IMG/VR virus record: IMGVR_UViG_3300047496_000262
Location: 15,849 to 79,848 of that record
Source: a virus
Length of the DNA stretch: 64,000 bases
Direction: 5' to 3' (one strand)
The notes under the pieces were generated by a model. That model was given only the letters and a program-made list of their open reading frames with translations. It ran no database searches and was not told where the DNA came from. Shown here piece by piece: positions 45,322 through 56,009 of the stretch. The translations under genes were made by a program, and so were the position numbers. The stretch's first letter is position 1, and each line of letters starts with the position of its first letter.

Positions 45322-46458
45322 ATGTCGCTGGTTTCCGCCACCTGGGGCGGCATCACATTTTTCACCCAGCAGCAGGTGGCCGCGGTCCAGGGACAGGCGA
45401 CCTCGGCCCCGGTCGACGCCTCGCAAGGGTCGGTTACCCTGGCCCTGGTCGAGGCGACCAACGGCGTTGCCCTGTGGTTGCAGGCCCAGACCATCGCCAC
45501 GGTGCTGTTGACCCGGGCGTCGACCAGCACGGGCCCCGATCTCGACACATGGATGGCCGATTGGAACTTCACCCGGCTGTCGGCGGTCGCCGCCACCGGC
45601 TATTGCACCTTTGGCCGCTTCACCACGACCGGCACGGCGCTGGTCCCGGTCGGCACCATCATCACCTCGTCGATCGGCGGCCCGCAATTCCAGGTCATCG
45701 CCGATTCCACCAATACCGCCTATTCGTCGGCCAAGAACGGCTATCCGATGGCTGCCGGCATCGGATCGGTCGTCGCCACGGTGCAGGCCGTGACCGCCGG
45801 CACCGCCGGCAACGCCGCCGCCAACACGATCACCTATTTCCAGGCGCCGGTGAGCGGGGTCGACACGGTCAACAACCCGACCGCGCTGACCAGCGGGCAG
45901 AATGCCGAACTGGACGCGGCCTTTCGCTCGCGCTTCATCCTTTATATACAAAGCCTGCGCGAGGCGACGATCAACGCGCTGTACTACTGGATCCTCAGCA
46001 TCCAGTCGGGCCTGACCGCCAATATCGTCGAGGGCTACACCTCGGGCGGCACGCCGGACCCCGGGTTCTTTTACGCCGTGGTGGATGACGGCAGCGGCAA
46101 TCCGCCCACGTCTCTGGTCACCGCGGCCTCGCTGGTGGTGAACGCCCATCGAGCGGCCGGGATTTCCTATGCGGTCTATGGGCCCAGCATCCTGACCGTG
46201 AATGTCAGCGCCACCATCACCACGGCCACCAATACCAGCCATTCGGCGGCGGTCGCGGCGGCCACGGCGGCGGTGCAGGCCTATCTGAACACCGTGCCGG
46301 TGGGCGCCACCCTGTCCTATGCCAGGCTTTATCAGGTCATCTTCGATGCCAGCACGTCAATCACCGATGCCACCAACCTGCTGTTGAACGGCGGGTCGGG
46401 CGATATCGTGCCGACCGGGTTGCAGGTGGTCAAATACGGCACGGTCACGATCGCATGA
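45322..46458 (+). CDS. baseplate J-like protein
   Basis: TSTGPDLD.W..D....R..A..ATG, AG..GN, G..AE.D..FR.R and VDDGSG. Confidence 0.9.
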   Translation: MSLVSATWGGITFFTQQQVAAVQGQATSAPVDASQGSVTLALVEATNGVALWLQAQTIATVLLTRASTSTGPDLDTWMADWNFTRLSAVAATGYCTFGRFTTTGTALVPVGTIITSSIGGPQFQVIADSTNTAYSSAKNGYPMAAGIGSVVATVQAVTAGTAGNAAANTITYFQAPVSGVDTVNNPTALTSGQNAELDAAFRSRFILYIQSLREATINALYYWILSIQSGLTANIVEGYTSGGTPDPGFFYAVVDDGSGNPPTSLVTAASLVVNAHRAAGISYAVYGPSILTVNVSATITTATNTSHSAAVAAATAAVQAYLNTVPVGATLSYARLYQVIFDASTSITDATNLLLNGGSGDIVPTGLQVVKYGTVTIA

Positions 46459-47186
46459 CCACCGGTAGCGTCATCGACATCACCCAGCGCCTGCTGAAAT
46501 TTCTGCCCAGCGGCTGGTTCCCGCCGAACGATCCGACGACCCGGCTTTATGCGCTGGAATATGGCTTTGCCACCGCGTTCGCGACGAACTACACGCAGAT
46601 TCAGTACGTCAAGCAACAGACCCGGCTGAATAGCTCCACCGGGGCCTTTGTCGATCTTTCGTCCAACGATTTCTTCGGGTTGACCCTGCCCCGGCGCGCG
46701 GGCGAGTTGGATGCGGCCTTTATCACCCGGATCGAACAGGCGATCTTTCAGGACCGCAATACCAGATCGGCCATCATCTCGGCGGTCTATAACCTGACCG
46801 GGTTCACCCCCACCATTATCGAAACATGGTATCCGCACGATACCGGCGGCTGGTCGGCCGGTAATCTGGGCTTCGATGTGGCCGGATGCTGGGCCGCCGC
46901 CAAATGCGACTTCAACGTCTATATCACCATGCCCGCGCCGCAAAGCGTGACCAACCCGACGCTGGCCGGATGGGATGGTCCGGCATCGCTGGCTGGTTGG
47001 GATTCCGGACTGATTTGCTGGACCGGCCCCAGCCTTGGGGTTACAACGACTCCGGGCATACTGAGTATATGCGCGGCCTTGGAGCGGGTCCGCACCGCCG
47101 GGATCAAGTATTTCGTCCAGTTCACCGGAAGCATCACCTTCCGGCTTGATTCCTCAAACCTGGATTCCAACGCCGTGCTGGCGTGA
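46455..47186 (+). CDS. baseplate wedge protein (gpI-like)
   Basis: LP.GWF, QTR....G.F.DL...DFFG..L.RR.GE.D..F..RI; follows the gpJ-like gene. Confidence 0.8.
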   Translation: MTTGSVIDITQRLLKFLPSGWFPPNDPTTRLYALEYGFATAFATNYTQIQYVKQQTRLNSSTGAFVDLSSNDFFGLTLPRRAGELDAAFITRIEQAIFQDRNTRSAIISAVYNLTGFTPTIIETWYPHDTGGWSAGNLGFDVAGCWAAAKCDFNVYITMPAPQSVTNPTLAGWDGPASLAGWDSGLICWTGPSLGVTTTPGILSICAALERVRTAGIKYFVQFTGSITFRLDSSNLDSNAVLA

Positions 47187-47205
47187 TGCCGTAGGGAGAC
47201 CCCAA

Positions 47206-48555
47206 TTGGACCGTACCACCGTCGTCACCACCGAGGTCCCCCGGCAGATCGATTTCCTGCAAGCCCAGCAATTCGCCATGCAAGGGTTGGGCTTTCTGGC
47301 GCTGGATATCCTGGGCACCGGCACGGTGTGCGGCGGGCTTGCCTGTACCGCCACCAGCCCGTCCAGCATGGCGGTCAGCGTGGCCCCTGGCCGGATCTAT
47401 GAATTGGAGAATTTGGAGGCGACCGCCTGGGGGCTTTACAACGCGACCGGCGGGTTGCCGGCCGATACCAACGCCAACCACAACATCCTGAAACAAGGCA
47501 TCCTGCACGATCCGGTGACGTTGAACGTGACCGCCCCGGTCACCACCGGGCAGTCGGTCAATTATCTGGTCGAGGCCGGGTATTCCGATGTCGACGGCAA
47601 CTCGACGCAGGTGTTCCTTTACAACACGGCCAGCCCAAGCTCGCCGATCACCGCCACCATCAACACCACAAGGTTCGGATCTTGCGTGGTGCAGTTGAAG
47701 GTCGGCACCCCCGCCGCCACCGGCACCCAGGTGACGCCGACGCCGGATACCGGGTTCGTCGGGCTTTACGTGATCACCGTGCCGTATGGTGCCACCTCCA
47801 TCACCGCCGGCAACATCTCGGTCTATTCGCCCAGCCCGTTCATCCCGGCCACGCTGATCACCCTGGGCCAAGGGGCGGCGGCGATTCCCGGACGGTTGCT
47901 GGCGATCAGGACCTTTACCACCGGCAACACCACGCCGGGCACGCCCTATGTGCCGACCACCGGGACCAACACCGTTTATGTGCGGATGATCGGGGCGGGC
48001 GGTTCCGGCGCCGGGGCCGGTGTCTGCACCGGCAGCCAGACCTCGGGCGGGTCGGGCGGCGATGGCGGGTGCCTGCTGGAGGGGATCTATTCGATCGGCA
48101 CGCTGTCCGGTCAGGCCATCACCATCGGCGTCGGCGGGGCGGCCACCGGTTCCGGGTCCAATCCCGGCAATGCCGGCGGATCGACCTTGTTCGGCAGTGT
48201 GCTGACCGCACCCGGCGGGGCCGGCGGGCTATCAACCCCGCCATCGACGCCGCCGTGGATTCAGAATGCCGCCACCACCTTGATCGTTTCGACCGGCGGC
48301 AACCTGATCAACGCCGCCACCACCGCGGCCGGTCCCGCCATCTCCATCGCCTCTGGCGCCACGATCTCGGGCAATGGCGGATCCAGCCCGTTTGGCGGGT
48401 CCGCGGCGCGCGGCCGGATCGGCCAGGGCGTGCCGGGCTTTGCCGGCCAGAGCCCAGGTTCCGGCGGCGGCGGCGGTGTCAGTTATGGCACCGGCACCAA
48501 CGAGCCGGGCGGCGCCGGGATCGACGGCCAGATCATCGTGTTCGAGTACAGCTAG
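47206..48555 (+). CDS. tail fibre/baseplate protein with a glycine-rich C-terminal domain
   Basis: MDR...GL.CT.TSP.SM.V.V.PG.IY; K.G..A.TG.Q.TP.PD.G..GLY; Gly-rich GAGGSG...GG.G..G.I.V.EY. TTG start with GGGAG RBS. Confidence 0.75.
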   Translation: MDRTTVVTTEVPRQIDFLQAQQFAMQGLGFLALDILGTGTVCGGLACTATSPSSMAVSVAPGRIYELENLEATAWGLYNATGGLPADTNANHNILKQGILHDPVTLNVTAPVTTGQSVNYLVEAGYSDVDGNSTQVFLYNTASPSSPITATINTTRFGSCVVQLKVGTPAATGTQVTPTPDTGFVGLYVITVPYGATSITAGNISVYSPSPFIPATLITLGQGAAAIPGRLLAIRTFTTGNTTPGTPYVPTTGTNTVYVRMIGAGGSGAGAGVCTGSQTSGGSGGDGGCLLEGIYSIGTLSGQAITIGVGGAATGSGSNPGNAGGSTLFGSVLTAPGGAGGLSTPPSTPPWIQNAATTLIVSTGGNLINAATTAAGPAISIASGATISGNGGSSPFGGSAARGRIGQGVPGFAGQSPGSGGGGGVSYGTGTNEPGGAGIDGQIIVFEYS

Positions 48556-48556
48556 C

Positions 48557-49246
48557 ATGTCGGTCCTGCCCAGCGGTCCGTTCAGCTATTACAAGGGATC
48601 GGAACTGCCGGCCGCCGTGCTGGACGCCTCGTTCGGCGGGCTTTATCCGACCACGCTGGCGACCCTCCGAACCCTGGTGCGGTGGGCCGGCACGGTCGGC
48701 GCCAGCCAGGCGAGCGGGCCGCCCAATGGATCGTGCTGGCTACTGGGGATCAACACCCTGGGCGATCACGCGCCGATTCAGTACGAATGGGTGGCCTCCA
48801 GCACCGCCGCCGACGATGCGGTCAGCTATACCGCCATCAACCCGACCGGCAATACCGGCAACGGCAGATGGATCAGGGTGGGATCCAGCAGCGACCCGGT
48901 GCTGGCCCCGTTCATTCCCGGCACGCCGTTCGGCGGCGGCGCCACGCTGTGGAGCTATACCCTGCCGGCGGCGCTGACCCTGCCGGCCAATTTTGCCGGG
49001 AGTGCCGCCAGTTGCGACACGGCCCCGACCAACACCGCCACATTCCAAGTCCAGCGCTATGTGTCGGCGACCCCGGCCTGGGTGAATATCGGCACGGTCA
49101 GCTTTGCCGCCACCACGGGGGTGGCGACCTTCTCGACCCAAGCGGCGGTGGTGTTTCAGGCGGGCGACCGGATCCGGGTGCTGGGCCAAAGCGGCACCGA
49201 TGCCACCATGGCCGGCGTGTGCTTTTCATTCCAGATGCTGAGGTAG
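48557..49246 (+). CDS. tail-associated protein
   Basis: MSVLPSG..., contains an ADD....I.P....G.GRW module and a C-terminal beta domain. Confidence 0.65.
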   Translation: MSVLPSGPFSYYKGSELPAAVLDASFGGLYPTTLATLRTLVRWAGTVGASQASGPPNGSCWLLGINTLGDHAPIQYEWVASSTAADDAVSYTAINPTGNTGNGRWIRVGSSSDPVLAPFIPGTPFGGGATLWSYTLPAALTLPANFAGSAASCDTAPTNTATFQVQRYVSATPAWVNIGTVSFAATTGVATFSTQAAVVFQAGDRIRVLGQSGTDATMAGVCFSFQMLR

Positions 49247-49253
49247 CCCGCGC

Positions 49254-50237
49254 ATGACCATCCTCTTTTACGACGGGTTCCTGCGCTACAGCAGCCAGTA
49301 CGACGTGCTGACCCGGATCAACGATAATGCCGCGTGGCATACCGGAGCATCGGCCGGGCTGAATATCGGATCCGGCCGGAATGGCGGCAACTGCATGATT
49401 GGTGGCTACAACTCGGTGGTGCTGAACACGCCGCTCGCCACCGGGGCCGTGCAATGCGCCATCGACCTGAACAACAGCGCCACGTTCAACATTTATTTGC
49501 AGGACTCGGCGCACGGCAACGGCAACCAGGTTACCTTTACCTTTAACCTGTCGAATGGGGTGCTGACCGCGACCTCGGGCAGTAATTCATGGTCGACGCC
49601 GAACAACACGGTACCCGGACCCTACACCTATTTTTCGTTCGCCGCGCAAGTGACGATCGGGGCCAGCGGCACCGGGTCGATCAGCGCCTATATCAATGGC
49701 GTACAGGTGCTGAATCAGCCCGGCGTCACCACACAGCAGACGGCGGGGACCACCTTTGACACGATTGTCTTTACGACGATCTATGGTCAGTACACCGATG
49801 TTTGCATTTCGACCACGCTGGTCGGCCAGGATGCCTATTCGATCTGGATCCCGGCGCTGGCGAACGGTGCCACCGATCAGTTCACCCCGCTCTCCGGGGC
49901 CAACTACACCAATGTCAACGGCCTGACCCAGATCGCGAAGTACAATTCGAGTGCTACGGTGGGCAATGTTGACCTGTTCACCCTGTCGAACAGTTCTATT
50001 TCCGGCAGCACGATTCTGAGTCTGGAGCCCGGCGTGCAGGCCTCGCGCGACAATACCGGATCGCACAGCATGGCGACCTATATGCGATCAACCAGTGGCA
50101 CGCTGACCACCGGCACCTCCTATGCCCTGAGCAGCACCGCCATCGTGTTTGGCACGCCTTATGCCACCGATCCGGCGACCTCGTCGGCGTGGCTGACCAG
50201 CGCCTTGCCGCAGGTGGGTTACAAGCTGGCCGCTTAA
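49254..50237 (+). CDS. tail-associated beta-sandwich (lectin-like) protein
   Basis: M..LFYDGF, INGVQVLN..GV.T, TDP.T..AW; Ser/Thr/Gly/Asn-rich. Confidence 0.65.
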   Translation: MTILFYDGFLRYSSQYDVLTRINDNAAWHTGASAGLNIGSGRNGGNCMIGGYNSVVLNTPLATGAVQCAIDLNNSATFNIYLQDSAHGNGNQVTFTFNLSNGVLTATSGSNSWSTPNNTVPGPYTYFSFAAQVTIGASGTGSISAYINGVQVLNQPGVTTQQTAGTTFDTIVFTTIYGQYTDVCISTTLVGQDAYSIWIPALANGATDQFTPLSGANYTNVNGLTQIAKYNSSATVGNVDLFTLSNSSISGSTILSLEPGVQASRDNTGSHSMATYMRSTSGTLTTGTSYALSSTAIVFGTPYATDPATSSAWLTSALPQVGYKLAA

Positions 50238-50257
50238 TCGCCTGAAAGGACCGCCCG

Positions 50258-50449
50258 ATGACGACGAATGCCTATGCCAACCAGTCCGGCGCCGAGGTGC
50301 TGGTCGAGAAGGCCTCTAACGCCCGCGCCAACCAGTCCGGCGCCGAGGTGCTGGTCCGCGCCATCTCCAAAGCCAGGGCCTATCAGGCCGGTGTTGAGGT
50401 GCTGGTGACCGTGCCGCGGCAGCGCGCCATCACCTGTATCGTCGTCTGA
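50258..50449 (+). CDS. small protein with three tandem 17-aa repeats
   Basis: AYANQSGAEVLV / ARANQSGAEVLV / ARAYQAGVEVLV. Confidence 0.65.
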   Translation: MTTNAYANQSGAEVLVEKASNARANQSGAEVLVRAISKARAYQAGVEVLVTVPRQRAITCIVV

Positions 50450-50567
50450 TCCCGGCCCCGACGCCACCCCAGCAAAAGCGTTTCGCAAATGGTTTGAAAA
50501 ACTGATACAAGGGTGGCGATCTGGATGGCCCCATCTTGGGGTCGCCCTCAGCCCGAGGCGGGCAATC

Positions 50568-50825
50568 ATGCAATTGCCGTTTCAGCACAACCCCAAGGCC
50601 TATTCCAGCGTCAGCTTTATCGTGCTGGTCGGATTGCTACTGGCCGGCGTGCTTTATTGCGATGGCGTGCCGGGCGACCATACCGAGTTGAAATGGTTTC
50701 TGGGCGTGATCGCCGCGGTGACCATCCAGCGGCCGGTGACCTGGGGCTTTTCCGATCCCGCCAAGCCGGACACCAATGCCATCCGCCCTTCGCAGCCGGC
50801 GGGACCGCTCCCGCCGGCTGCCTGA
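50568..50825 (+). CDS. small membrane protein (holin candidate)
   Basis: Two hydrophobic segments in 85 aa. Confidence 0.5.
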   Translation: MQLPFQHNPKAYSSVSFIVLVGLLLAGVLYCDGVPGDHTELKWFLGVIAAVTIQRPVTWGFSDPAKPDTNAIRPSQPAGPLPPAA

Positions 50826-50851
50826 TCCTTAACCGCAAGGAAGCATCCCCC

Positions 50852-51172
50852 ATGTCGATCATCTCTGTCCTGTCCGGCCTTGTGGCCGATGCCAAGGCGG
50901 TCAAGCTATCCACCCTGGAGGCCGAGGCGGAGGAGGCGGGCAAGGCGGCGCTGGAGGCCGGGATCCTGAGCCTGGAATCGCAGCACGGCGTGGCTTCCGA
51001 CGTGGTCAATCTGGGCATCAAGGTGTTCACCGCGGTCAAGGATGCGTCCGGCGGTAAATCGCTGGCAACCGATCTGGCGAATATCGTCGGCGAGGTGGTG
51101 CAGATCGGCATCGAACTGAAGGCCTCTGGTACCGCCAGTGCTGCCCCGGCGGTCGAGCCGGTGGCGTCGTGA
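50852..51172 (+). CDS. hypothetical helical protein
   Basis: MSIISVLSG..., AAGGAAG RBS. Confidence 0.6.
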   Translation: MSIISVLSGLVADAKAVKLSTLEAEAEEAGKAALEAGILSLESQHGVASDVVNLGIKVFTAVKDASGGKSLATDLANIVGEVVQIGIELKASGTASAAPAVEPVAS

Positions 51173-51612
51173 GCGGCCGGAGCCGGCCGATGATCAACCG
51201 CCTTGGCATGATCTGTTCCGGCGCCTTTGTCGCCATCCCGGCGCTGACGGTGATTGCCGTGTCGATCGCCGCGTGTTCGGTGTTTCAGCCCACCCCCGCT
51301 ACGCCCGCCCAGGCGCTGTACGAGGCCAAGGGCGATTATCTGGCGGCGCTGACTGTGGCCGATGCCTATGCGGCCTTGCCGCTGTGCCAAAGCGGCGGAC
51401 CGGTGCTGTGCAAGACCAAGCCGGTGCTGGACCAGATTCGTCAGGCGGCGGACAAGGCCAACACCCTGCTGGCGGTGGCGACCGCCGATCTGACCGCGTA
51501 TCAGGCGGGCAGCAAGGGGCTGACGGTCGAGATCGTGATGGCGGATATCGCGGCCTTTCAAACCACCGCGGCGGCGTTGCAAGCGCTGACCGATGCCGTG
51601 AAGGTGCAGTAA
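51169..51612 (+). CDS. putative lipoprotein
   Basis: Hydrophobic leader with lipobox-like IAAC; Y..LP.C......C motif. Confidence 0.65.
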   Translation: MSGRSRPMINRLGMICSGAFVAIPALTVIAVSIAACSVFQPTPATPAQALYEAKGDYLAALTVADAYAALPLCQSGGPVLCKTKPVLDQIRQAADKANTLLAVATADLTAYQAGSKGLTVEIVMADIAAFQTTAAALQALTDAVKVQ

Positions 51613-51613
51613 G

Positions 51614-51856
51614 ATGTCGGACACCATTTCCACCATCACCACCTGGGCCGACATGGCGCTGCAACTGGCCGGCGCGGTCACGCCGCTGATCCAGGCGGGC
51701 GAGGCGGGCCTATCGGTGTTGCAACAGACCGCGTCGGTCATCACCGAAGGGCAGGCCAGCGGCAGCGACCCGACACCGGATCAGGTGGCCCAGCAAAGCC
51801 AGGCCATCGCTACGGCGCTGGGCTTACTCGACACGGCGGATTCCGCGCTGTCCTGA
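51614..51856 (+). CDS. hypothetical protein
   Basis: 80-aa packed ORF. Confidence 0.6.
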   Translation: MSDTISTITTWADMALQLAGAVTPLIQAGEAGLSVLQQTASVITEGQASGSDPTPDQVAQQSQAIATALGLLDTADSALS

Positions 51857-51932
51857 GCAGGGTGGCGGCGAACTCGCAACTAATCCTGGCTTCTGCTATG
51901 GTCGGCGGCGCTGATATTGGGGGAACCCCGCG

Positions 51933-53057
51933 ATGACCGTCACGCCCAACGAACTGGTATTCTATGGCAGCGCCAACATGCCGGAGGCGGATAGCGCCAC
52001 GGTCGGCGGGTCGGTCGATTTCACCAAGCGCATCGGCTTCATGGATCTGTCGGCGACCGGCACCGTCGACGTGGTGTCGTCATCGGCATCGGATACCGCG
52101 GTTCGCGTGCTGTTGACCGGCCGCGACGGCACCGGCGTGGTACAGACACCGGGATACGCCACCCTGACCGGCACCACGGTGGTGAGCAACGCGTTCAGCG
52201 GCCAGCAGTTCCAGCGCTTGGGGGCGGCCGTCATCACCGGGGGATCAATTGCCGGGCTGACCAATCCCGGCGGCACCGCCGCGGTCGGCGACGTGGCGAT
52301 CATCCAGCACACCCGCACGATCAGCGCCCATACCGCGCAGGCCGGATCGCAAAGCACGTCGGGCGCCACCCCGCCGGTGTTCCATCTGCAAGCGGGCGAC
52401 GGCGCCACGGTATCGGGGCTGGTCTTCAATGGGCTGGGCGCCATCATCCGCATCACCGGCGGTACCGGATCGGGCCAGCTGCGCTATATCGCGGCCAAAT
52501 ATTCCGCCACCGGCAATTACGGCGGCACCTCGTTCGCGGCGGCGGATTACGTGGTGGTCAACCGCGATTGGACCACGGTGCCGGATGCGACCTCGACCTA
52601 TGATATCGCCCCCGGCATGCTGTTCGACATTTTGCCGAACCCGGTGACGGCGATCACCCGGCTGTTCTGGACCTCGTCATCCGATCTGCCGACCGGCAGC
52701 ACCCGGACCTATTACGAGAAGGTTTTTGCGGTCAACAACGACACCGGCCGGGCGCTGACCGTTGCCAGCGTGCAGATCGCCAGCGAAAGCCCGGTCCTGC
52801 CCTCCGGCGCGTTGCTGGATCTGGGCGTCGAAGCCACGCTGAATGCGGGCCTGAGCACCACCAACCGGCAGACCGCCCCCGCCGGCATCAGCTTTACCAC
52901 GCAGCCGGGCGCGATCAGCCTTGCCAACAACCTGCCGCCCGGGGCCGCCCCCAATAGTGCCGGCGCACAGGGCTGCTGGGCGCGGTTGACCCTGCCGGCC
53001 GGCACCGGCCCCTATGTGGGTGCCGCCAACCTTCAGGTGCAGGGCTCATCGACATGA
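51933..53057 (+). CDS. putative virion structural protein
   Basis: Thr/Gly/Ser-rich; IRITGGTGSGQ.R.I..Y and W.T.PD.TS.Y.I beta module. Confidence 0.65.
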   Translation: MTVTPNELVFYGSANMPEADSATVGGSVDFTKRIGFMDLSATGTVDVVSSSASDTAVRVLLTGRDGTGVVQTPGYATLTGTTVVSNAFSGQQFQRLGAAVITGGSIAGLTNPGGTAAVGDVAIIQHTRTISAHTAQAGSQSTSGATPPVFHLQAGDGATVSGLVFNGLGAIIRITGGTGSGQLRYIAAKYSATGNYGGTSFAAADYVVVNRDWTTVPDATSTYDIAPGMLFDILPNPVTAITRLFWTSSSDLPTGSTRTYYEKVFAVNNDTGRALTVASVQIASESPVLPSGALLDLGVEATLNAGLSTTNRQTAPAGISFTTQPGAISLANNLPPGAAPNSAGAQGCWARLTLPAGTGPYVGAANLQVQGSST

Positions 53058-53108
53058 CGGGACGCCATCTGATGGCTGGAACGGCAGTAACGACCCGAGG
53101 GCAAGACC

Positions 53109-54845
53109 ATGGCCGATAATATCCCGATCACCCCCGGTAGCGGCGCCACCGTCGCGACCGAGGACATGACCTATTGGGCGTCGGGCCAGATCGGCGGCCA
53201 CCTTCAGCGCATGAAGATCGTGACCGGCGATGCCAATATCGACGGCGGCGATGCCTCAACCAATTTTCCGCTGGTCGTCACCGACCCGGCGCCCCGGAAC
53301 CCGGACAGCCCGATTTTCGCGTCGATCACCGGGAGCCCGTTTGGCGATTTCGCCGGGGTCAACATCCTGGAACAGGTGGTCACGGACGGCACCGGGCTGG
53401 CCTTCAATACCAAGCTGAGCAATGTCAACCTGGACCCGTCCGGCAATGTCGGGGTGAATATCCAGGGCGCGTCGACCGTCGCGGTGTCGTCGGTCAGCGG
53501 CACCGTCACGGTGGCCGGATCGGTTTCAATTTCCGGCAGCACCGGGCCGATCCAGATTGCCGGCAGCAATGGCGGGGCCATCGCCACCGACGCCAATAAT
53601 CGATTGGCGGTGGTCGGCATCCGCGGGCTGGGTACGAGCAACACGGTATCGCCGGTCATGGTCGGCGCCACCACCCCATCCGGAACCGTCGCCAATATCC
53701 AGACCGACGCGTCGGGTAACATCATCACCGTCGGCCCCGCGGCGACCGGGGCGGCGGCGACCGCCAACCCGGTGCAGATCGGCGGCACCGATGGCACCAA
53801 TGTCCGCACGATCTCGACCGATACCAGCGGGCGGCCGAACGTCAACATCAACGGCACCCCCACGGTGTCGATTTCGGGCACGCCCGCCGTCACCGTCACC
53901 AGTGGCACCATCACGGTCGGCAATTCCAGCCTGACCGTGGTGGGGGCCGCGGCCTCGGGCGCCGCCGCTGCCGGTAACCCGGTGCTGATGGCGGGGAGTG
54001 ACGGCAGCAACGCCAGAACGCTCCGCACCGACACGTCGGGGAACCTGGATGTGAATATCCAGGGAACGCCCGCGGTCACGGTATCATCGGGCACGGTTAC
54101 GGTTTCCGGCACGGTGGCGGTTTCGGCGCTTTCCGGCACGGTGACGGTGATCGGCGACGCCGCCAGCGGGTCGGCAGTGGCGGGCAACCCCGTGCTGATC
54201 GCCGGATCCGACGGCACCAACGCTCGCTCGATCAAAACCGACACGTCCGGCAATGTCGCGGTGAACGTGCAAAATTCGGTGGCGGTGTCGTCGGTCAGCG
54301 GCACCGTGAATATCGCCAGCGGCACCGGTACAGCCATCTCGACCGACGCGTCCGGCCATCTGTTCGTCGTCGGCTCCCGCGGTGCCGGCCAGTCGATCAA
54401 TACCTCGCCGGTTTTGGTCGGCGGCCAGACGCCTGGCAATTTGGTTGCTATCTTACAGACCGATGCTTCTGGCAACCAGATTGCGGTGGGCCCGGTGGCG
54501 GTCGGCTCCGTCATCACGCAGAACCCGGTGGTGATCGGCGGCGTGCTGCCTAGCGGCATGGTTTCGTATTTTAACCTGGACAGCAACGGCAACCAGATCG
54601 TGGCCGGCGAGGTCAGCAGTAATGGCGGCCCATGGACCGGTCAGGCGGTGGCCGCCCAGGACGTGTCGCAGTACGAGGGCCAGAGCTTCATTGAAATCAT
54701 GTCGCAGATCCTGAACGAGTTGCGGGTGCTGAATTACCAAATCCATCAATTGCCCTTGGTTCTTAATTCAGGCATACCATCCATAGACGATCCGATGCGG
54801 CTCGCCCGTGAATATGGCCTGCAAGCCACCAACGGGGTGAACTGA
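53109..54845 (+). CDS. repeat-rich fibre-like protein
   Basis: Multiple NPV(L/Q)(I/M)(G/A)G.DG.N.R.(I/L).TD.SGN repeats and TV.VSG repeats. Confidence 0.7.
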   Translation: MADNIPITPGSGATVATEDMTYWASGQIGGHLQRMKIVTGDANIDGGDASTNFPLVVTDPAPRNPDSPIFASITGSPFGDFAGVNILEQVVTDGTGLAFNTKLSNVNLDPSGNVGVNIQGASTVAVSSVSGTVTVAGSVSISGSTGPIQIAGSNGGAIATDANNRLAVVGIRGLGTSNTVSPVMVGATTPSGTVANIQTDASGNIITVGPAATGAAATANPVQIGGTDGTNVRTISTDTSGRPNVNINGTPTVSISGTPAVTVTSGTITVGNSSLTVVGAAASGAAAAGNPVLMAGSDGSNARTLRTDTSGNLDVNIQGTPAVTVSSGTVTVSGTVAVSALSGTVTVIGDAASGSAVAGNPVLIAGSDGTNARSIKTDTSGNVAVNVQNSVAVSSVSGTVNIASGTGTAISTDASGHLFVVGSRGAGQSINTSPVLVGGQTPGNLVAILQTDASGNQIAVGPVAVGSVITQNPVVIGGVLPSGMVSYFNLDSNGNQIVAGEVSSNGGPWTGQAVAAQDVSQYEGQSFIEIMSQILNELRVLNYQIHQLPLVLNSGIPSIDDPMRLAREYGLQATNGVN

Positions 54846-54859
54846 GGAGTGCCAGACAA

Positions 54860-55492
54860 GTGATCATCCAAGGCCAGATCGGCGCGCTTGCCACCACCGC
54901 ATCCCTAGCCGCCGGCTTTAACCCGAATATCCGCCTGGGCAATATGGGCGATATGGTCGTCTCGGAACTCCACGGCCGATATTACGAGGGTTCGTATCGC
55001 CGCGCCCGGTACAATATCGCCAGCCCCAGCGGCGTGACCACGAGTGTCGGTGCCGCCACCACCTATGTCGGCCTGTGCCTGTCGAACCCGATCAACGCGC
55101 CGGTCAATCTGGTGCTGGAAAAGGTGGGTCTGGGCTTTCTGGTGGTCTGGGGTGCTGCGGCGACGCTGGGCCTGATGTGCGGGTTTAATTCCGGCACCAA
55201 TGTCACCCACACCACGCCGCTTTCGCCCCTGTCGAACCTGATCGGTTCCGGGGCCGCGCCCTATGGCAAGGTGGATTCGTCCGCGACCCTGCCGACGGCA
55301 CCGGTGCTGACCCATGTGTTCGGGGCCGGCCTGACCGGTGCGATCACCGTGCAGACCGCGGAGTTGTCGTTTTTCGACCTGGAAGGCTCCGTCATCCTGG
55401 CGCCGGGCGCCTATGCCGCGATCTATACCAGCACCGCGTCGGGGACCAATTCGTTCTTCGGTTCCCTGTCGTGGGAAGAAGTGCCGCTGTAA
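54860..55492 (+). CDS. putative virion protein
   Basis: SELHGRYYE, L.NP....VNLV and DLEGS..L.PG.......W.EVP. Confidence 0.65.
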   Translation: MIIQGQIGALATTASLAAGFNPNIRLGNMGDMVVSELHGRYYEGSYRRARYNIASPSGVTTSVGAATTYVGLCLSNPINAPVNLVLEKVGLGFLVVWGAAATLGLMCGFNSGTNVTHTTPLSPLSNLIGSGAAPYGKVDSSATLPTAPVLTHVFGAGLTGAITVQTAELSFFDLEGSVILAPGAYAAIYTSTASGTNSFFGSLSWEEVPL

Positions 55493-55555
55493 ACGGCCGG
55501 GCGCCCTAGCGCGCCCCAATCCTCCGGTCTGAACGCCGGTTCGCGAGGACCAGAC

Positions 55556-55960
55556 ATGGCCTATGATGACGGGTCCAATGATAATTCGCGCCTGAACCGT
55601 ATCAGCCGGCTGGCCGCCTCGCCGATCGCCACCTCGATCGCGCGCCTGATCACCATTTTCGGCGGGCCATCGGCGCTGGGCGCGCTGTTCGTGCTGACCG
55701 CCGCCGAACGCGAGATGCAGGCCGACCTGCATCAGATTGGCGAAGATATGGTGCATATGGATGAGCGCATCACCCGCCTGGAGCAGGACGAGATCAACGC
55801 CAAATCGTCGTACCAAGTGACGCGCGATCAACGCGACAAGCAGATTTCAGAGCTTCAAGCCGGTCTCAACGGCATGCACGAGGATATCGACCGGCGGTTC
55901 AATAGTTTGGACGGCCGCGTCCGGTGCCTTGAACATGGCGTCGCCAAGGGGTGCCCGTAA
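55556..55960 (+). CDS. single-TM coiled-coil protein (lysis accessory candidate)
   Basis: N-terminal hydrophobic segment followed by a long heptad region; near the endolysin. Confidence 0.55.
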   Translation: MAYDDGSNDNSRLNRISRLAASPIATSIARLITIFGGPSALGALFVLTAAEREMQADLHQIGEDMVHMDERITRLEQDEINAKSSYQVTRDQRDKQISELQAGLNGMHEDIDRRFNSLDGRVRCLEHGVAKGCP

Positions 55961-55965
55961 CAGCA

Positions 55966-55995
55966 ATCAGGCGGCGGGGTGAACCGCCGCCTGAT
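55966..55995. terminator. 12-bp hairpin between the converging late operon and array 2
   Basis: ATCAGGCGGCGG / CCGCCGCCTGAT perfect stem; followed by TGCTGTT on the minus strand. Confidence 0.65.
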
Positions 55996-56009
55996 GCTTC
56001 GTAGTGGTG